A stretch of 63,209 nt of DNA, the filler included, from Octopus bimaculoides (lineage: Eukaryota), in assembly GCF_001194135.2 (NCBI RefSeq). It is 4 parts of 4 records of this genome, joined end to end, with 100 filler letters (N's around TTAATTAATTAA, not from the genome) between each part and the next. Parts side by side here need not be neighbours in the genome. Positions count along the whole stretch, not along the records: positions 61,417 to 63,209 come from NW_026425204.1; 3 more parts are not named here. One strand, 5' to 3'. Below the pieces are notes generated by a model, which ran no database searches, had not been told where the DNA came from, and worked only from the letters and a program-made list of their open reading frames with translations. How positions within the stretch are numbered: position 1 is the first letter of the stretch; every line of letters starts with the position of its first letter. The position numbers and the translations under genes were made by a program. Shown here piece by piece: positions 61,417 to 63,209 of the stretch.

Positions 61417-63209
61417 GCGGAGCATCAGGAGCCGGATGTGCAAGAACAGGAACGGAGGATAATTCCGGTTTCACGGACTCAAAGGCAGACAATGCCTCAG
61501 CTGAAAGAGTGAGTTGAGCATCCTTCTTAGAATGACCTTGCAGTAACCTTGTTAAAGGAAGTAGCTTGTCCACACACCAGTCTATAAATCTTCTGTAGAA
61601 GTTGACCATGCCTAAAAAATGGTGAAGTTGATGCAAAAAAGTTGGAGGCGCGATACACTGAATGGCATCGCCCTTAGCAGGAAGAGGTTTGATCCCATTA
61701 GAATCAATATAGTGCCCCAGAAATTCCAGGGAGGACTGCCCGACAACGCACTTATCGGGGTTTATCTTTACATTATATGCGTGGAGTCGCTGAAAATGTT
61801 GCGACAAATGGTGGAGCTGATTCTTTTTTGTATCACTAGCAATGAGTAAGTCATCAACGTAAGCAAATACACAATCAAGCCNNNNNNNNNNNNNNNNNNN
61901 NNNNNNNNNNNNNNNNNNNNNNNNNNNNNNNNNNNNNNNNNNNNNNNNNNNNNNNNNNNNNNNNNNNNNNNNNNNNNNNNNNNNNNNNNNNNNNNNNNNN
62001 NNNNNNNNNNNNNNNNNNNNNNNNNNNNNNNNNNNNNNNNNNNNNNNNNNNNNNNNNNNNNNNNNNNNNNNNNNNNNNNNNNNNNNNNNNNNNNNNNNNN
62101 NNNNNNNNNNNNNNNNNNNNNNNNNNNNNNNNNNNNNNNNNNNNNNNNNNNNNNNNNNNNNNNNNNNNNNNNNNNNNNNNNNNNNNNNNNNNNNNNNNNN
62201 NNNNNNNNNNNNNNNNNNNNNNNNNNNNNNNNNNNNNNNNNNNNNNNNNNNNNNNNNNNNNNNNNNNNNNNNNNNNNNNNNNNNNNNNNNNNNNNNNNNN
62301 NNNNNNNNNNNNNNNNNNNNNNNNNNNNNNNNNNNNNNNNNNNNNNNNNNNNNNNNNNNNNNNNNNNNNNNNNNNNNNNNNNNNNNNNNNNNNNNNNNNN
62401 NNNNNNNNNNNNNNNNNNNNNNNNNNNNNNNNNNNNNNNNNNNNNNNNNNNNNNNNNNNNNNNNNNNNNNNNNNNNNNNNNNNNNNNNNNNNNNNNNNNN
62501 NNNNNNNNNNNNNNTGGGCGCGATAAAACAGGCACGGCCCAGTAGTCTTGATAAAATGGACGGTAGTATAAATGCCAACACCCTGGCTTAGCAGGCCTAA
62601 AAGTTATGTCCACCAGCATGGTGGCAAGTATTGTTGGATGTAAAAGTTTTGCTTACGTCGCTGCATTTTCTTTATTACATCATGTTTGATGCAGGCCTGT
62701 TATCTCGGCATAGAGCATCCAACCGAAGCATGAAAGGAAGCTAGAAGCGAATGAAAAACATCCCCAGCAGTGGCCGGAAGAGCCCTTTGCCGGAGTAAAG
62801 AGGGATGTCGAACCGTCGACAAGCCTCCGACGCCGAACATCTACCAACAAGTTAAAATGATTTTAAAATCCGCACCCAAAATAGAATGCGGTATGTCAGC
62901 TTTGACAAAAACCCATTGAAAATCTCTACAAAGACCAATGTTTAGGCGTAGAGAAAGCTGACCAAATGTATGTATCGGGGAAGAATCAGTCGCATGCAAA
63001 AGTATAGGCGAATGCCTAGGTTTGTCAGTAGTAAAGCGAAGAGGCCAAATACTACAGCACGACCCGGTGTCAATCATGAAGTACTTCTTCGACACCTGGT
63101 CCTGGACAAAAATTGCACAATTAAAAGAAGAAATTGACATACTCAATTTCTCCCTTGGAAGTTGTTATATGGACTGTTAGATATGTAATTCGTCTGACGT
63201 TCCGTGTGT
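61417..63209 (-). mobile_element. Ty3/gypsy LTR-retrotransposon pol: aspartic protease (~62840-63150) and RT/connection (61417-61881), with a gap between
   Basis: FMIDTGSCCSI...ILGADF; AYVDDLLIAS...KINPDKC...LEFLGH...FLGMVNFYRRFI...LAHP. Confidence 0.93.

Overview
AT-rich animal genomic scaffold, dense in microsatellites and repeats, with many N gaps. The SINE families, the TA/CA/ATT/GATA tracts and the TTAATTAATTAA gap linkers match what I recall of Octopus assemblies, so the organism is an inference. Most six-frame ORFs are microsatellite or N artefacts. The only solid host coding signal is two in-phase minus-strand exons (31361-31750 and 29777-29918) encoding the VWD and C8 region of an apolipophorin/vitellogenin-type large lipid transfer protein; the ORF track shows them only in part. 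A candidate terminal exon lies at about 28.8 kb, and a separate candidate start-codon exon pair at 56.0 and 47.2 kb. The rest is a transposon graveyard: R4/Dong, HERO, RTE, RTE-X and CR1 LINE fragments, Penelope-like relics, Ty3/gypsy pol, maT (DD37D), mariner (DD34D), Tc1 and two hAT types, plus at least four SINE families. The best leads are a recurrent minimal hammerhead-ribozyme variant that could only fold as a dimer, a ~550-bp non-coding element always inserted in (AAT)n tracts beside R4/Dong, and foldbacks centred on (TA)n. All assignments come from manual translation and motif recall; no searches were run, and repeat boundaries are approximate.
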